This document shows positions 23,902 to 36,929 of a stretch of DNA of 62,267 nucleotides, piece by piece; within the stretch, counting starts at the first letter, position 1; every line of letters begins with the position of its first letter. The translations under genes were made by a program, and so were the position numbers. Source of the stretch: Chiloscyllium plagiosum (lineage: Eukaryota). The DNA is taken from NCBI RefSeq assembly GCF_004010195.1, contig NC_057716.1:104808822-104871088 (forward strand). Direction: 5' to 3'. The notes beneath the pieces were generated by a model, which saw only the letters and a list, made by a program, of their open reading frames with translations, did no database searches and was not told where the DNA came from.

Positions 23902-24620
23902 GCAGCCTGTCGAGCAGCCCCGAGGACACGGAAGAGGCGCGCGAGTCTTCCTCTGGCATCGAGGTGGAAGCCTCCGACCTGAGCCTGAGCCTGACTGGGG
24001 ATGAGCACATGGCGGAGGAGGAGGAGGATGAGGAGGCAGGTGGCCAGCGCCGAAGGGAAGGGGGCCGGCACGGCACCGACAAGGAGAGCTCGGACGAGCG
24101 GGACTCGGACTCGCTGGAGGACACCGGCACCTACTCCATCGTGGACGAGGACGAGGAGGAGGAGGAGGAGGGCGGCGGAGAGGAGCGCGAGGAGGAGAGC
24201 AAGATGGAGGACGGGCAGTCCGGCCCCCGGGCCCGGCGCCGCCGTGGGCCGAAGCGCGCCAGTGAGCCGGAGCGGGACTCCTCTGAGGAGGAGGCGGCGC
24301 TGGAGCGCTGGGTACACTCGGAGGTGGCGGCGCTGCCCCCCCCGACCTGGTGCGCGGCACCGGCGCTGGGGGGCCGGGAGATAGGCCGGGACCCCCGGGC
24401 CTTCATGTACCGGGCGTGCGGGGCGCGGACCTTCGTGGAGCGCCTGCGGCTGCAGCACAGCCTGGAGCACCACGCCGGCTGTGTCAACACGCTGCACTTT
24501 AACCGCCGCGGCACCTGGCTGGCCAGCGGCAGCGACGACCTCAAGGTGGTGATCTGGGACTGGGCGCGCCGCAAACCTGTCCTCGAGTTCGACACCGGTC
24601 ACAAGAGCAACGTCTTCCAG
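23902..24620 (+). CDS. DCAF8: DCAF8 coding exon 2 (acidic N-terminal region and first WD40 repeat)
   Basis: Encodes [18 protein letters not shown]...[31 protein letters not shown]...GHKSNVFQ, near-identical to DCAF8. Acceptor ccgcag, donor gtacgt. Confidence 0.97.
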
Positions 24621-24719
24621 GTACGTGCAGCGTGCACGGTGGCTGGCCTGTACTCGGGATGGCGCCGAACGTCTGAGCCTGACCCGGGGGGCGCGGGGGT
24701 AACGGTAACGTATCTCCCT

Positions 24720-24880
24720 GACCCCGTGTCCCCGCGGGGTCGGTGCGTATTCGGGGGAGGGGGTCCTCCTCCCCGTGTCCCCGCGGGGTTGGTGCGTATT
24801 CGGGGGGGGGGTGCGTATCCACTGTCCCTCCCCGTGTCCCCGCGGGGGTCGGTGCGTATCCACTGTCCCTCCCCGTGTCA
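24720..24880 (+). repeat. GC-rich intronic tandem repeat (3-4 units of 40-60 bp)
   Basis: ccccgtgtccccgcggggtcggtgcgtat repeated. Confidence 0.8.
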
Positions 24881-24962
24881 GTGTAATGTTGACCCATGTT
24901 TCCTTTGCATCTCTCCCGTTCCCCACCTCCTGCTTCCTTTGTGCCCTGTTGGTTTCCCGTAG

Positions 24963-25154
<192 letters not shown>

Positions 25155-25242
25155 TGACCCCCACCCGAACGTTCCTTCCCCACCTCGCGGTCGATGAGTT
25201 TGTGGTTTGGATTTGGATGCACCTTGTCTGTTTCTCCTGTAG

Positions 25243-25338
<96 letters not shown>

Positions 25339-25484
25339 TGAGTATCTGGGCTGTGCGTCGGGAGGGTGGCGTGGCTGGTGTTCGAGTTCTACACTAATCC
25401 CCTTGCGCCACAGCCTGTTGTGGGCGACAAACCAGATGGAAATCATCGAAACATCACACACTCATTGTGATGTGCAGCACGGCC

Positions 25485-26772
25485 CAACCCGTCCATGCCG
25501 GCCAGATAACCCAACCCAATCTAGTCCCACCTGCCAGCACCCGGCCCATATCCCTCCAAACCCTTCCTATTCATATACCCATCCAGATGCCTCTTAAATG
25601 CTGTAATTGTACCAGCCTCCACCACATCCTCTGGCAGCTCATTCCATACACGTACCACCCTCTGGGTGAAAAAGTTGCCCCTTAGGTCTCTTTTATATCT
25701 TTCCCCTCTCACCCTAAACCTATGTCCTTCTAGTTCTGGCCTCCCCGACCCCAGGGAAAAGACTTTGTCTATTTACCCTATCCATGACCCTCATAATTTT
25801 ATAAACCTCTATAAGGTCACCCCTCAGCCTCCGCCGCTCCAGGGAAAACAGCCCCAACCTGTTCAGCCTCTCCCTATAGCTCGAATCCCCTACCCTGGCA
25901 ACATTTTTGTAAATCTTTTCTGAACCCTTTCAAGTTTCACAACATCTTTCTGATAGGAAGGAGACCAGAATTGCACGCAATATTCCAACAGTGGCCTAAC
26001 CAATGTCCTGTACAGCCGCAACATGACCCCCCAACTCCTGTACTCAATACTCTGACCAATAAAGGAAAGCATACCAAACGCCTTCTTCACTATCCTATCT
26101 ACCTGCGACTCCACTTTCAAGGAGCTATGAACCTGCACTNNNNNNNNNNNNNNNNNNNNNNNNNNNNNNNNNNNNNNNNNNNNNNNNNNNNNNNNNNNNN
26201 NNNNNNNNNNNNNNNNNNNNNNNNNNNNNNNNNNNNNNNNNNNNNNNNNNNNNNNNNNNNNNNNNNNNNNNNNNNNNNNNNNNNNNNNNNNNNNNNNNNN
26301 NNNNNNNNNNNNNNNNNNNNNNNNNNNNNNNNNNNNNNNNNNNNNNNNNNNNNNNNNNNNNNNNNNNNNNNNNNNNNNNNNNNNNNNNNNNNNNNNNNNN
26401 NNNNNNNNNNNNNNNNNNNNNNNNNNNNNNNNNNNNNNNNNNNNNNNNNNNNNNNNNNNNNNNNNNNNNNNNNNNNNNNNNNNNNNNAATCAGTCCTTGC
26501 CTTTCCAAATACATGTACATCCTGTCCCTCAGAATTCCCTCCAACAACTTGCCCACCACTGAGTTCAGGCTCACCGGTCTATAGTTCCTGGCTTGTCTTT
26601 ACCACCCTTCTTAAACAGTGGCACCACGTTTGCCAACCTCCAGTCTTCTGGCACCTCACCTGTGACTATCGATGATACAAATATCTCAGCAAGAGGCCCA
26701 GCAATCACTTCTCTAGTTTCCCACCCGAGTTCTTGGGTACACCTGATCAGGTCCTGGGGATTTATCCACCTT
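25485..26772 (-). mobile_element. CR1/HER1 LINE (gapped) in the DCAF8 intron between coding exons 4 and 5
   Basis: LYRTLVRPLLEYCVQFWSP, SVVGKLLEGILRDR, KSPGPDQVYPR. Confidence 0.9.
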
Positions 26773-27248
26773 AATCGTGTGGAAGCTGGCCATTCGGCCT
26801 TGCAAAGAGCATCCCACCCAGACTTTGAACCCTTTCCCCCTCACCAGCCACCTTTTCCCTGTACATCCCATGTGGAATCCACTGAACCTGTACATCTCTG
26901 GGCTGTGGGAGTCCAAGGGTCTGTTTCTGTGCTGGGCTATGACTTTTTAAAATTGGGGCACTGAGAGGAAATGGGGATATTGTGCAAACTCCACACGCAG
27001 TCACCCAAGGGTGAAATCAAACCTGGGTTCCTGGGCCAGTGTTCTGGGGATCAGTGCTCATCTTCCAACACCAACACTAAATACAAGCAATCTGTGCCAT
27101 TCTGCGGTTTGCTTGCGGGAGCTTTCTGCGCTGAGTTGGCACTGCCATTTCTGGCTGTTTTTCACAGCGATCCCACTTCACGGGCCTCCCTCCCTGTCAC
27201 CACACCACGGCTGAGTGCTTTGGGATGTTTAACAGAAGCGGTTGTTGA

Positions 27249-27404
<156 letters not shown>

Positions 27405-27490
27405 TGAGACCCTCTGTTTCTTCTCCCCTCCAGCCCCCCCCCCCCCTCTCCGGCAGCCAGGAGTCACTGGCAAACTGGGCAGCATCTAAA

Positions 27491-27527
27491 AGTCCTGATG
27501 AAGGGCTTTTTGCCCGAAACGTCGATT
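27491..27527 (+). ncRNA. Minimal type-I hammerhead ribozyme motif, family A (intact core)
   Basis: AGUC-CUGAUGA-A-GGGC-UUUUU-GCCC-GAAA-CGUC-GAUU: stem I AGUC/GAUU, stem II GGGC/GCCC, palindromic ACGU stem III, GUC cleavage triplet. Confidence 0.7.
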
Positions 27528-28633
27528 CTCCTGCTCCTTGGATGCTGCCTGACCTGCTGTGCTTTTCCAGTGCCACTCTAATCTTGACTCCAATCTGCAC
27601 TTCCCACCTCTGCCTGGCATCTTGTTTCTGTCAGGAGTTAGAGGCACCAGCCCTGCATGCGGTTTGTCATCTCTCTTTTGAGTTGTGTGGTACAGCCTGC
27701 CCTCCGAGCAGTGATCTATAACCCCTTGTACAGTTTCAGAGCAAGAGCTGGCTGCTTAGCCCTTCCAGGCCACTCCAACATTGAACAGGACGACAGCCTC
27801 CAGTCCACATTCCTGCCTCTTCCTGGTCACCTGTTTTGCCCCTCTTATCCATCAGGAATTTATCCACCTTTTGCCTGTAAAGCATGCATCCACTGCTCCC
27901 TTGTCTAACTCCGCCTTGAATATATTCAGTGATCCACAGTCTGATAACGACCCCCGCCCCCCTCCAATCTCCTCCCCCTTTAATTCTGAGACTGTCTGTT
28001 CCTTGTAGGAAACCTGAAGGAAATCCCTTTCTGCATTGTCATGCCCCCCCCCCCCCTCTGCAAGCCTCCTTTTGATCAGCTTCAGTAAGATTGCCTCTAA
28101 TTTTGGAATTCGAGTAGACACTGACCCAGTCTGTCCAACCTTTGGCCTCTGTAAAACAGCTCCCTCATTCCTGGTCTTCCTCTGCCCGCCCCTCCCTGAA
28201 CTGTGCCAGCACACTGGCACCATTTGCAAAGGGAGGTTTAAACTGTACGCAACACTTCAACGAAGGCCTCTGCTGCACTTCCAAAAGGTGCGTGTTGTTT
28301 AATATTAGTTTGTCTCAGAGCAAACAGTTGTTCTGTTTAAAACTCCCTTTGTTTAGTTGCTGTTAATGTTGAGATTAACACAGCAGGCCGCTCTGTACTT
28401 GAGCTCGGCTGTCTCTCCATTTTAAACCAAATGTGTTTTTGCTGCTTTTTAAAAATTCTTCCTGCTAAGGTGGACCAGTTCACATTTTCTCAACTTCCAG
28501 CCGATCATGTTTGCATACTCCTTTTTTTTTAAACATTTGTAATCCGTTTGTGTGTGTGTTTGTTGGCAGACTCCTGATGCCCTCTGCACAACACATCTGC
28601 CCTAATGCTTGTGCATCTGGCTTTCCCTTGCAG

Positions 28634-28706
28634 GGTGTATGACCAGCGCAAGATAAATGAGAATGAGAACAACGGCGTGCTGAAGAAGTTCTGCCCTCAT
28701 CACCTT
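28634..28706 (+). CDS. DCAF8: DCAF8 coding exon 6
   Basis: [24 protein letters not shown]; ttgcag / gtaaga. Confidence 0.97.
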
Positions 28707-28841
28707 GTAAGAGAACGGCGTGGAACCCCTATCTCCTTGTCTGTCAGTCTGTTGTGTGGTATGAGAGCGCCACTGTCCCCAGTGTCACTAACTATCTCCT
28801 TTATCTCTCTCTCTCTCTCTCTCTTCTTCCCCTTCTGGCAG

Positions 28842-28899
28842 ATCAACAGTGAATCAAAAGCCAACATCACGTGTTTGGTCTACAGCCACGATGGCTCTG
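28842..28899 (+). CDS. DCAF8: DCAF8 coding exon 7
   Basis: [19 protein letters not shown]; ggcag / gtgaga. Confidence 0.96.
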
Positions 28900-28977
28900 G
28901 TGAGAGCGCTGGGACGGTCTGACCGCGTGGGGCTTCAGTCAGGAGGGAGGAGGCATTTCATCACTTTTTGCTTTTAA

Positions 28978-30058
<1,081 letters not shown>

Positions 30059-31409
30059 TTCATCCAGAGGCCTCGGTAATGTCCTTGGGGTCAGGGTTGA
30101 AATCCTGCCATGGCAGATGGTGAAACTCCCATTCTTAACCATGGATGGCTTGTCGGAAAACCCAATCTGGTTCACTGACGTCCCGTCGAGAGAAGGAACC
30201 TACCATTCTCACCTGGTCTGGCCTGCATGTGACTCCAGACCCACAGTCGTGTGGTGGAATCGGTGCTAACAGGGGTGGCCAACAACTGCTGGCCGAGCCA
30301 GAGATTTGTCCCGTCAATGAATATTTCTTTTAAAAGAGAACAACTCAATTGGACACTGTTCTGAAATGTCGAAGCCGAGACTGACTGCTGTTTGATCATC
30401 CCATTTGCTGTCCCTCTTTTTTTTTTCTCTCCAATATCGCAAATGTTTGCTGCTTGTAGAATTGAATCTGGTTTTTGTTTTGAAAGTTGGGGTTGACTCT
30501 TTGTTCTAACCTCTGCTGAGCTGCGTAATCCCAAGTGTTCCTCTTTTTTTTTAAAAGAAAAGACACCGTGCGCTTTCAAAACTGCTCTCCTCTCCCTGCA
30601 GGAGAGAGGTGTCCCTATTATTTTATTTTTTGGTAACACCACTTGTAGCCCACTCTGATTCCCTTTTCTACTTGTGTTTGCTCCTCATTCACGAGGGGCC
30701 AGTGCAAGTTGGTCCCGAAATCTGTTCTGCTGAGGCCACTGCAGCCGCAGCACAGCGAGAATGTGGGCTCACCTGCCCGTCGGATGTGTTTAAGGCTAAC
30801 GCAAAAACACAGCAGCCAGCTCCCACCAACAGTGCATCGGCTTTCCTGTTACTGTTGGACTGCTCTGAAGTATCTGTTCCAGAATCGCTGAGCAGGAGGG
30901 CTCTGCCCCTGCCCCTGCCCAGCGCATTGCTGCACCGCGAGTACTCTCTCTCCACTGGCCAGTGCGCTATTTCCCAGGTTGTCCCCGTTTAAAGTTGTCC
31001 CTGAAGGTTGCAACTTTAAGTGAATCATTGACTCCTTCAGGGATCCATGTTAAACTGGGAATAAGGTGTGGTCGGACCTCCCTTTGCAGTGGGGAATAAA
31101 AATAAAAAAGCATTGTACCTTTACTCCAAGTTTAAGTTGCCCCTTTTTTTGATTGATGACTGNNNNNNNNNNNNNNNNNNNNNNNNNNNNNNNNNNNNNN
31201 NNNNNNNNNNNNNNNNNNNNCGGAGGTTAGTTGGCCTGGTATGGTGGTTGAGAACTGCTGGAGCACAGTGTGGGAGTGTGCTCCGTGAGTTGGGTCCAGC
31301 TACGTGAGCAACGTTGGGGAAAAACTGTCCTCTGTGCTCTCCCTCCTCCCCATGATCGTCTTGAACACTGCTTCCTCCCTGTCTGTTTGCCCTGTCTAAC
31401 ATCACCTCT

Positions 31410-31909
31410 NNNNNNNNNNNNNNNNNNNNNNNNNNNNNNNNNNNNNNNNNNNNNNNNNNNNNNNNNNNNNNNNNNNNNNNNNNNNNNNNNNNNNNNNNNN
31501 NNNNNNNNNNNNNNNNNNNNNNNNNNNNNNNNNNNNNNNNNNNNNNNNNNNNNNNNNNNNNNNNNNNNNNNNNNNNNNNNNNNNNNNNNNNNNNNNNNNN
31601 NNNNNNNNNNNNNNNNNNNNNNNNNNNNNNNNNNNNNNNNNNNNNNNNNNNNNNNNNNNNNNNNNNNNNNNNNNNNNNNNNNNNNNNNNNNNNNNNNNNN
31701 NNNNNNNNNNNNNNNNNNNNNNNNNNNNNNNNNNNNNNNNNNNNNNNNNNNNNNNNNNNNNNNNNNNNNNNNNNNNNNNNNNNNNNNNNNNNNNNNNNNN
31801 NNNNNNNNNNNNNNNNNNNNNNNNNNNNNNNNNNNNNNNNNNNNNNNNNNNNNNNNNNNNNNNNNNNNNNNNNNNNNNNNNNNNNNNNNNNNNNNNNNNN
31901 NNNNNNNNN
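31410..31909. other. Fixed 500-N assembly gap (also 1130-1629 and 53745-54244)
   Basis: Three gaps are exactly 500 N, while the other five have irregular sizes. Confidence 0.9.
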
Positions 31910-32446
31910 ATGGGCTGGGAATTGGCTGGGTTGGATTTGTCCTGCTTTTTCCACATTTGTCGACAATTTTCCACATTGTCGGGTAGATGCCAGTGTTGTA
32001 GCCGTGCTAGAACAGTTCAGAGAGAGATGTGGAAAGCTCTGGATCGGAAGTGTTAAGTACTATTGCTGGAAAGTTGGCAGGGCCCATAGCCTTTGCAGTG
32101 TCCAGTGCCTCCAACTGTCTCTTGATATCACGTGCAGTGAACTGGAGACTGAAGATTGGTATTTGTAATCCCGGAGATCTCATGAGGAGGCTGTGATGCT
32201 TCATCCAGTTGGCACTCCTAGCTGAAGATTGCTGTGAATATTTCAGCCTTATCTTTTGCACTGATGTACTGTGCTCTCCCATCATTAAGAATTGGGATAA
32301 TTGTGGAACCTCTTCCTCCAGTGAGTTTATGTTAATTGTTCACCAGAGAAATTCCCCGGTAATCAAGCCCCAAAGCTCCATCAGTCACATATTTGAACAC
32401 ATTGAGTGTTATTGCCTTTATACTGCTTGCTAGAATAAGAGACGTT

Positions 32447-32728
32447 TTGATTAGATTCCCCACTGTGTGGAAACAGGCCCTTCAGCCCAACAAGTCCACA
32501 CCAACCCTTCGAAGAGTAACCCACCCAGACCCATTCCCCTCGCACTATGGGCAATTTAGCATGGCCAATTCACCTAACCTGCACATCTTTGGATTGTGGG
32601 AAGAAACTGGAGCACATCCATGCAGACACGGGGAGAATGTGCAAACTCTACACAGACAGTTGCCCGAGGCAGGGATTGAACCTGGGTCCCCGGTGCTGTG
32701 AGGCAGCAGTGCTAACCACTGAGCCACC
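32447..32728 (-). mobile_element. HE1 SINE
   Basis: Head, core and tail present. Confidence 0.88.
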
Positions 32729-33127
32729 AGATCTCTTCAATTAACTTAAAATAGTTTGTTTATTATAAAACAAAGCTCACTCAAAAAAACCCACTGGAAA
32801 CCTAGCTGACTCCCAGACTATAATCCACAATTAGAATGATATCAATTTTAAACCTCCCGCAGAAACACACACAAAAGACAACAGAGTCTGCAGAGATGAA
32901 ATTTTGAAAAAAGCAAGAAGAGAAAGAACACTCTTACTGGCCAGTTGTCTGAAAAAATAATTAGAGTTTTTACCTATTCAGCCCATCTGGTCTACTCCAC
33001 CATTTGATCTTGGCTGATATGGTCCTCAACCCAATTCTCCTGACTTCTGCTGTAACCCTTTGTTCCCTTACTAATCTCCTTAGTACCTTTCTGCTTCAGA
33101 TTTCTGAAGCCTTGCTCCATTTCCCGC

Positions 33128-33433
33128 TGACTCAGTGGTTAGCACTGCTGCCTCACAGCACCAGGGTCCCAGGTTTGATTCCAACCTCGGGCAACTGACT
33201 GTGTGGAGTTTGCACGTTCTCCCCGTGTCTGTGTGGGTTTCCTCTGGGTGCTCCGGTTTCCTCCCACAGTCCAAAGATGTGCAGGTTAGGTGAATTGGCC
33301 ATGCTAAATTGCCCGTAGTGTTAGGTGCATTAGTCAGAGGAAAATGGGTATGGTTGGGTTACTCTTTGGAGGGTCAATATGGACTTGTTGGGCCGAAGGG
33401 CCTGTTTCCACACTGTAGGGAACCTAATCTAAT
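33128..33433 (+). mobile_element. HE1 SINE
   Basis: Head, core and tail present. Confidence 0.88.
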
Positions 33434-33894
33434 TTAGAAAATGGTCCACACTTCTAATCCTCTGACCAAAGTGAGAAAGATAATTTTGGAGATTTTCTCT
33501 TCCTTCTCGTTAGAGCACAAGGCTTGTAAAACCAGAAATCGAGTCGAGAGAGCATTAGTAAGCAATCATCAGCACATGGTCCCGTAGACTCTTCCAAATC
33601 CAGATTTTCCAGCAATTAAGTTCACTAAGGACCCCTTGTTATCTGCCTAAAAGCTTTACTTGGCTGTGTTCCAAAGTCACTTGACTTTTTGTAGTCAGCA
33701 GTTGGAACACAATTCGCATTAAATTGTTGACCTCATATTGAAGAATACACATGGATTCTGTTCAGAACCCTGGCTAAAATCATGTCCATTTCAAAATGTG
33801 TCCAAAAGTTCAATATCCAGTTATCCACATAGTCCATAAATATAGATATATATTCATAATACTGTTTACTGAATGCAAGGGTCACTGTACAGAT

Positions 33895-34086
33895 GACTTG
33901 TAGAAGCCGGTGTTGGACTGGGGTGGACAAAGTTAAAAATCACACAACACCAGGTTATAGTCCAACAGGTTTATTTGGAAGCACTAGCTTTCGGAGCGAT
34001 GCTCCTTCATCAGGTGGTTGTGGAGAATAAGATTGTAAGACGGAATTCTGTTGAACTATAACCTGGTGTTGTGTGATTTTTAACTA
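33895..34086. mobile_element. Family B hammerhead-bearing short element with partial inverted arm
   Basis: aaaatcacacaacaccaggttatagt ... actataacctggtgttgtgtgatttt inversion; flanked by actgt(a/g)caga. Confidence 0.7.
33982..34016 (-). ncRNA. Hammerhead motif, family B (intact core)
   Basis: Reverse strand reads CAC-CUGAUGA-A-GGAGC-AUC-GCUCC-GAAA-GCUA-GUG; palindromic AGCU stem III, CUA triplet. Confidence 0.7.
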
Positions 34087-35092
34087 ACTGTGCAGAGTCA
34101 GTATTTACTGTGGAAGATTGGAGTTATGCTAAAAATCCATTTGTCTTCTACAGTCAGTGGGCTGCTTTAGAGATACAGTCTTTGTAGTAATATGGCTGAG
34201 TTACATTGGGCACAGTAAGATCCCACCCAACTGGAACAGTGTAATGGGTCAAATAATCTGTTGAGAGAAATGCTTAGGTCATGACACCAAGGAGAATTCC
34301 TCTTTGTACATTTCCAGGGATCTCCTGCTTGAGAATCGAGTTTATTGACTCTCCAGAAAGATAGACCGTGAGACATTACACCCCACCCACTGATCGTCCA
34401 CCCACCCATCTCCCTGGTCAACACTCTGAAAGATGTTAAATGGCACAACCTAGATTGTTGTCCACAGGTTAAATCAGACAGTAAGATGTATTTACATTAA
34501 GAGGACATGCACAGAGTCAGGTAGATACAGCGCATGTCCAACAACATTAAATGGCAAAATAACATGAAATCTACATTTTTGTTAATAACTGTTTGACCTG
34601 GTTTCTGAATCCACAGACACCTTATTAACCTCAGCATGTGTTACGAGCCAGAAACTGAAACTTTAGGAAGGATTTAAAGCTCTTACATAATTTCCCAACA
34701 CAGGAGAGGCTGATTTTATATTCAAAGCACAAAAAACCCCTCGGGCCCCAGAGCTAATAAATTCAGCAATAGCACAGCACACTTAATGGATTAGTTGAAG
34801 AGATTGTGAGTCTTTCTACTTTGGGTTTCTGTAAACCCATGTGCGTTAAGCGTCTTAATACATACGAGCTGATCATCTAACATGATGAGCTTTTCAACAT
34901 AGGGCTGTATCATTCAATTGAAAGAAGCTAACAGAATTAAATGGTTTCCCCAGGGAAATCTGGATACCTTTGGACAGAGTTACGCATTGACTATATAGTG
35001 ATGTAGGAGAGTCTAGGATCAGAGGGTATCATCTCAGGATAAGGGGTGGCCCATTTAAGACAAAGATGAGGAGGAATGCCTTCTCTCACAGG

Positions 35093-35364
35093 CCATGACG
35101 TACAGATGCTGGTGTTGGACTAGGGTGGACAAAGTTAAAAATCAACTAGGAGAAAGTGAGAACTGCAAATGCTGGTGATCAGAGTCGAGAGTTTGGTGCT
35201 GGAAAAGCACAGCAGGTTAGGCAGCATCTGAGGAGCAGAAGAATTGACATTTCAGGCAAAAGCCCTTCATTGGAAAGCTACCTGATGAAGGAGCGTCGCT
35301 CCGAAAGCTAGTGCTTCCAAATAAACCTGTGGGACTATAACCTGGCGTCATGTGATTTTTACCT
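35093..35364. mobile_element. Composite: family B fold-back element containing a family A segment, inserted in CR1
   Basis: TSD ttctctcacagg at 35081-35092 and 35365-35376. Confidence 0.7.
35279..35313 (+). ncRNA. Hammerhead motif, family B (intact core)
   Basis: UAC-CUGAUGA-A-GGAGC-GUC-GCUCC-GAAA-GCUA-GUG. Confidence 0.68.
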
Positions 35365-35419
35365 TTCTCTCACAGGGTAATGGAACTGTGGAATTCGTTA
35401 CCACAGAGGGCTAACAAAG

Positions 35420-36915
35420 ATACAAAGGACAGTACAGCACAAGAACAGGCCCTTCGGCCCACCGAGACTGTACCAACATATTATGCCTTTCTAAACCAAA
35501 AATGCCTTGACACTACATGGTCCATATCCCTCTATTCCCTGCCTGTTCATGTGTCTGTAAAGATGCCTCTTAAACGTTGCTATTGTATCCACCTCCACCA
35601 TTTCCACTGACCAAGTATTTCAGGTACTCCCTACCCCCTGTGTAAACAACCTGCCTCTCCTTTCAATTACCACGCTTCACCTTAAACCTATGTCCTCTGG
35701 TATCTGACATTGCTTCCCTGGGAAAGACTCCAACTATCCATTCTGTCCATGCCTCTCATAAATTTCTAAACTTATATCAGGTCGCCCCTCATCTGTGATA
35801 TTCAAGTGAAAACAAACCACTTACACCTCCTTGCTAATACCCTCCAAACAAGGCAACATCCTGATAAACTGTACTTGCACCTCTCCAAAGCATCCACAAA
35901 TTTCTGGTGTGTGGTGAACATAACCATATTACAAATGTGGACTAACTAAAGTCCTGTTCAGCTGCAAAGTGACTTGCCAATGTTTATACTGTATGCCCTG
36001 ACCGATGAAGGTAAACATGCCATATGCCTCCTTGACCACCTTTTCCACTTGGGCTGCCATGTTTAGGGGAACGTGGACCTGTACACCTAGATCCCTCTGT
36101 ATGCTGATGCTACTAAGGGTTCTGCTATTACTGTGTACTTCCCTCCCACATTAGATCTTCCTCAACATGTCACCTCGCATTTGTCCAGATTAATTTCCAT
36201 CTGCCATTTCCTTGCCCAAGTCTCCAGCTTATCTATACCCTGTTGTATTCTCTGGCAATCCTCACCCTCCACACTTCCCCTAATCTTTGCATCACCTACA
36301 AACTTACTCATCAGGCCACATATATTCTCCTCCAAATCATTTACATATAGTACAAAAGAAGGGGGTCCCAGCACTGATCACTGCAGAGCACCACTGGTCA
36401 CAGATCTCCAGTCAGAAAAACACCCTTGCACTGCTTATCTCTGTCTTCCATGACCAAGCCAGTTCTGTGTCCATCTTACCTACTCACCATGGATCCCATG
36501 TGCCTTCACCTTTCGTATCGGGCTGCCATCAGGGGCCTTGTCCAAGGCCTTGTTAAAACCCACGTAGACAACATCTACTGCCCCGCCCTCATCAATCACC
36601 TTTATTAACTCCTCAATCAACTTCCTGGGGCATGACTTCCCCCGCTCAAAGTCCTGCTGCCTGTCACTAATAAGTCCACATTTTTCCAAATGCAAGCAAA
36701 TCCTATCCCTAAGAATCTTCTCCAGTAATTCCTTACCACTGAAGTTAGGCTCACCTGTAATGTCCCAGAGTATCCCTGTTGCCCTTCTTAAACAAAGGAA
36801 CAACGTTAGCTATTCCCCAGCCCTCTGCCTCCTATTCTGTGACTAAAGAGGATGTAAATATTTCACACAAGGCCCCAGCAATTACCTCCCTCAGTATTCT
36901 GGGATAGATCCCATC
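35420..36915 (-). mobile_element. CR1 LINE
   Basis: GKELLEKILRDRI, VDVVYVGFNKALDK, LGPPSFVLYVNDL..KFVGDAKI. Confidence 0.85.
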
Positions 36916-36929
36916 AGGTGTTCACAGGG

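Noticed and set aside
23376-24926. 516-aa minus-strand ORF
   Set aside because: Antisense shadow of GC-rich DCAF8 exon 2, running into a SINE and a tandem repeat.
23793-24962. 389-aa ORF as a single-exon gene
   Set aside because: Only 23902-24620 is exonic; the rest is intron read-through.
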